From the NCBI GenBank assembly GCA_030390025.1, contig CM059433.1, forward strand, positions 20,152,001 to 20,216,000: a stretch of DNA of 64,000 nucleotides, read 5' to 3'. The DNA comes from Squalus acanthias (taxonomy: Eukaryota). The notes beneath the pieces were generated by a model. The model searched no databases, had not been told where the DNA came from, and saw only the letters and a program-made list of their open reading frames with translations. Within the stretch, counting starts at the first letter, position 1. Every line of letters begins with the position of its first letter. Shown here piece by piece: positions 61,335 through 64,000 of the stretch. The position numbers and the translations under genes were made by a program.

Positions 61335-64000
61335 GTAATAGAACAATGGGCTGCCTTTAAAGAGGAGATAGTTCGGGTACAGTTGAGGTACATTCCCATG
61401 AGGGCGAAAGTTAGGGCAACAAAAGGCAGAGCTCCCTGGATGACGAAAGAGGTAGAGAGTAAGATGAAGCAGAAAAAGAGCATGTATGACAGATGTCAGG
61501 TTGGAATACAAGTGAGAATCAGGCTGAATATAGAAAGTTCAGAGGGGAAGTGAAAAAGAAAATAAGAGTGGCAAAGAGAGAGTATGAGAATAGATTGGTA
61601 GCCAACATAAAAGGGAATTCAAAGTCTTCTATGGGCATATAAATAATAAACGGGTAGTAAGAGGAGGGGTGGAGCCGATTAGGGACCAAAAAGGAGACCT
61701 ACACATGGAGGCAGAGGGCATGGCTGAGGATGCTGAGGGAGGTTAACGAGGAAATCGTGGAGGTACTCGCCATAATCTTCCAATCCTCCTTGGATACGGG
61801 GGTGGTGCCAGAGGACTGGAGAATTGCAAATGTTACACCATTGTTCAAAAAAGGGTGTAAGGATAAACCCAGCAACTACAGGCCAGTCAGTTTAACCTCA
61901 GGAGTGGGGAAGCTTTTAGAAACGATACTCAGGGACAAAGTTAACAGTCACTTGGACAAGTGTGGATTAATTCAGGAAAGCCAGCATGGATTTGTTAAAA
62001 GCAAATCGTGTTTAACTAACTTGATTGAGTTTTTTCATGAGGTAACAGAGAGGGTTGATGAGGGCAATCCGGTTGATGTGGTGTACATGGACTTCCAAAA
62101 GGCGTTTGCTAAAGTGCCACATAATAGGCTTGCCAGCAAAGCTGAAGCCCATGGAATAAAAGAGACAGTGGCAGCATGGATACAAAATTGGCTAAGTGAC
62201 AGGAAACAGAGAGTAGTGGTGAACGGTTGTTTTTCAGACTGGAGAAAGGTATACAGTGGTGTTCCCCAGGGGTCAGTACTAGGACCACTACTTTTCTTGA
62301 TATATATTAATGACTTGAACTTGGGAGTACAGGGCACAATTTAAAAATTTTCAGATGACACAAAACTTGGAAGTATAGTGAACAGTGAGGAGGATAGTGA
62401 TAGACTTCAGGAAGACATGGACAGGCTGGTGAAATGGGCAGATATGTGGCAGAGAAAATTTAACGCAGAAAAGTGCGAAGTGATACATTTTGGTAGGAAG
62501 AACGAGGAGCGGCAATATAAACTAAAGGGTACAATCCTAAAGGGAGTGCATGAACAGGGAGACCTGAGGGTATATGTGCACAAATTGTTGAAGGTGGCAG
62601 GGCAGGTTGAGAAAGAGGTTAAAAAAGCATACGGGATACTGGACTTCATAAATAGATGCAGAGAGTACAAAAGCAAGGAAGTTATGATGAACCTTTATAA
62701 AACACTGTTTCAGCCTCAACTGGAGTATTGAGCTTGAAATTCGCCTCCTTTGCGCCTCCCGTTAGCGTCTCCGTGGGCGATAACGTGGCGCTACCGGCTT
62801 TGCGACTGGACGCGGTGAGAGTACCGTCACCCGCAAAATTCCCATCGAGGTTTGCGACGGTGATAACCCCTAGCGCCACGATCTCCTGCGCCTGGAGATC
62901 GTGACATCATCATGCTGTGCATCGCTCCGGTAGCGCCCCGGACCCGAAATTTGGTTCCACCCCCTGCAGCATCGCCAGGCGACAACACCAATAGCTGCAG
63001 GAGGCGTTGTCAGGGAGCCTGACCACTTGGGGAGCGGTATTTAAAGGTGATGATGGTTGTGTGAAAAAAACATTTTCTTAATGTCTTACGCTCATTTTTC
63101 AGCATTTTGTTCGGCTGCGATCGATCATCCCTGCACTCTGCTAGAGTGCTTGGGGCTGATCATGTCAGATCATGGCTGCCGTCAGCGACGAGGGACCTCG
63201 TTTCAATGCAGAGCCTGCAGCGATGGCCCTTCCCTTTAAGGGAGGGAAGGAGCCTCTGTTCCCGGCAGCGCTGCCCTCGGCATTGGGCAGCGCTGCACCG
63301 CCACTGCCCCTCTTGCCAGCTTTAGCACTCCAAGGGAAGTGGTAGCGCTTGATTTAGCGTTCTACTTCCTTCCTGGTGCGCGATCAGCCAATTTACTGGA
63401 ACCTTACAACCATTAGCGCTTTGCCCTAATTTTTCAAGATTTCAAGAATTTCTCCCCCATTGTGTCCAATTCTGGGCACCGCACTTTAGGAAGTATGTGA
63501 AGGCCTTAGAGAGGGTGCAGAAAAGATTTACAAGAATGATTCCAGGAATGAGGGACTTCAGTTACATGAATAGACTAGAGAAACTGGGGTTGTTCTTCTT
63601 AGAGCAGAGAAGGTTGAGAGGAGATTTGATAGAGGTATTCAAAATCATGAGGGGTCTAGACAGAGTAGATAGTGAGAAACTGTTCCCATTGGCAGAAGGA
63701 TTGAGAACCAAAGGACACAGATTTAAGGTGATTGGCAAAAGAACCAAAGGCGACATGAGGAAAAAAAATGTTTATGCAGTGAGTGGTAGGACCTGTAATG
63801 CACTGCCTGAAAGGGTGGTGGAGGCAGTCTCAAGCGTGGCTTTCAAAAGGGAATTGGATAAGGACCTGAAAGAGAAAGGTTTGCAAGGCTACGGGGAAAG
63901 GGTGGGGGAGTGGGACTAGCTGAAGTGCTCTTGCAGAGAGCCAGCACGAGCTCGACAGGTCGAATGGCCTCCTTCTGTGCTGTAACCATTCTATGATTCT
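61335..64000 (+). mobile_element. CR1 LINE (ORF2 linker-RT-tail) with an internal deletion and a MITE insertion
   Basis: [26 protein letters not shown]...DFQKAF...[13 protein letters not shown]...; 3' tail ccattctatgattct at the window end. Confidence 0.97.
62730..63458. mobile_element. Harbinger-type MITE inside CR1 ORF2
   Basis: Splits CR1 gagtatt|gtgtcc with ATT TSD (62727-62729 and 63459-63461); termini gagcttgaaattc / gaatttctccccc; shares cgccacgatctcctgcgcc..gatcgtgac with the 23473 family. Confidence 0.9.

Overview
Repeat-dominated, apparently intergenic or intronic DNA from a cartilaginous fish (shark or ray), inferred from HE1-type and SacSINE1/Deu-type SINEs plus CR1, L2 and Penelope families; the species cannot be assigned. 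I could not support any intact host protein-coding gene, tRNA, rRNA or CRISPR array. The window contains: (1) layered non-LTR retroelements (young and old CR1, L2, a second CR1/Jockey-group LINE, one RTE-clade relic); (2) many PIF/Harbinger derivatives, including a convergent transposase plus intron-containing Myb/SANT element, two further Myb/SANT relics and many MITE families with GGG...AAATT-type termini and 3-bp TSDs, some nested or in tandem; (3) Penelope-like fragments, three with readable minimal type-I hammerhead ribozyme cores, two of which are short insertions with perfect 12-bp TSDs; (4) a 4.4-kb 26/27-bp minisatellite with higher-order structure and a 54-bp minisatellite, both apparently seeded in L2 sequence. 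The unique AT-rich blocks between repeats may hold conserved non-coding elements, including one perfect RFX X-box. Family names come from recognising motifs by eye, not from database searches. Many boundaries of old elements are approximate.
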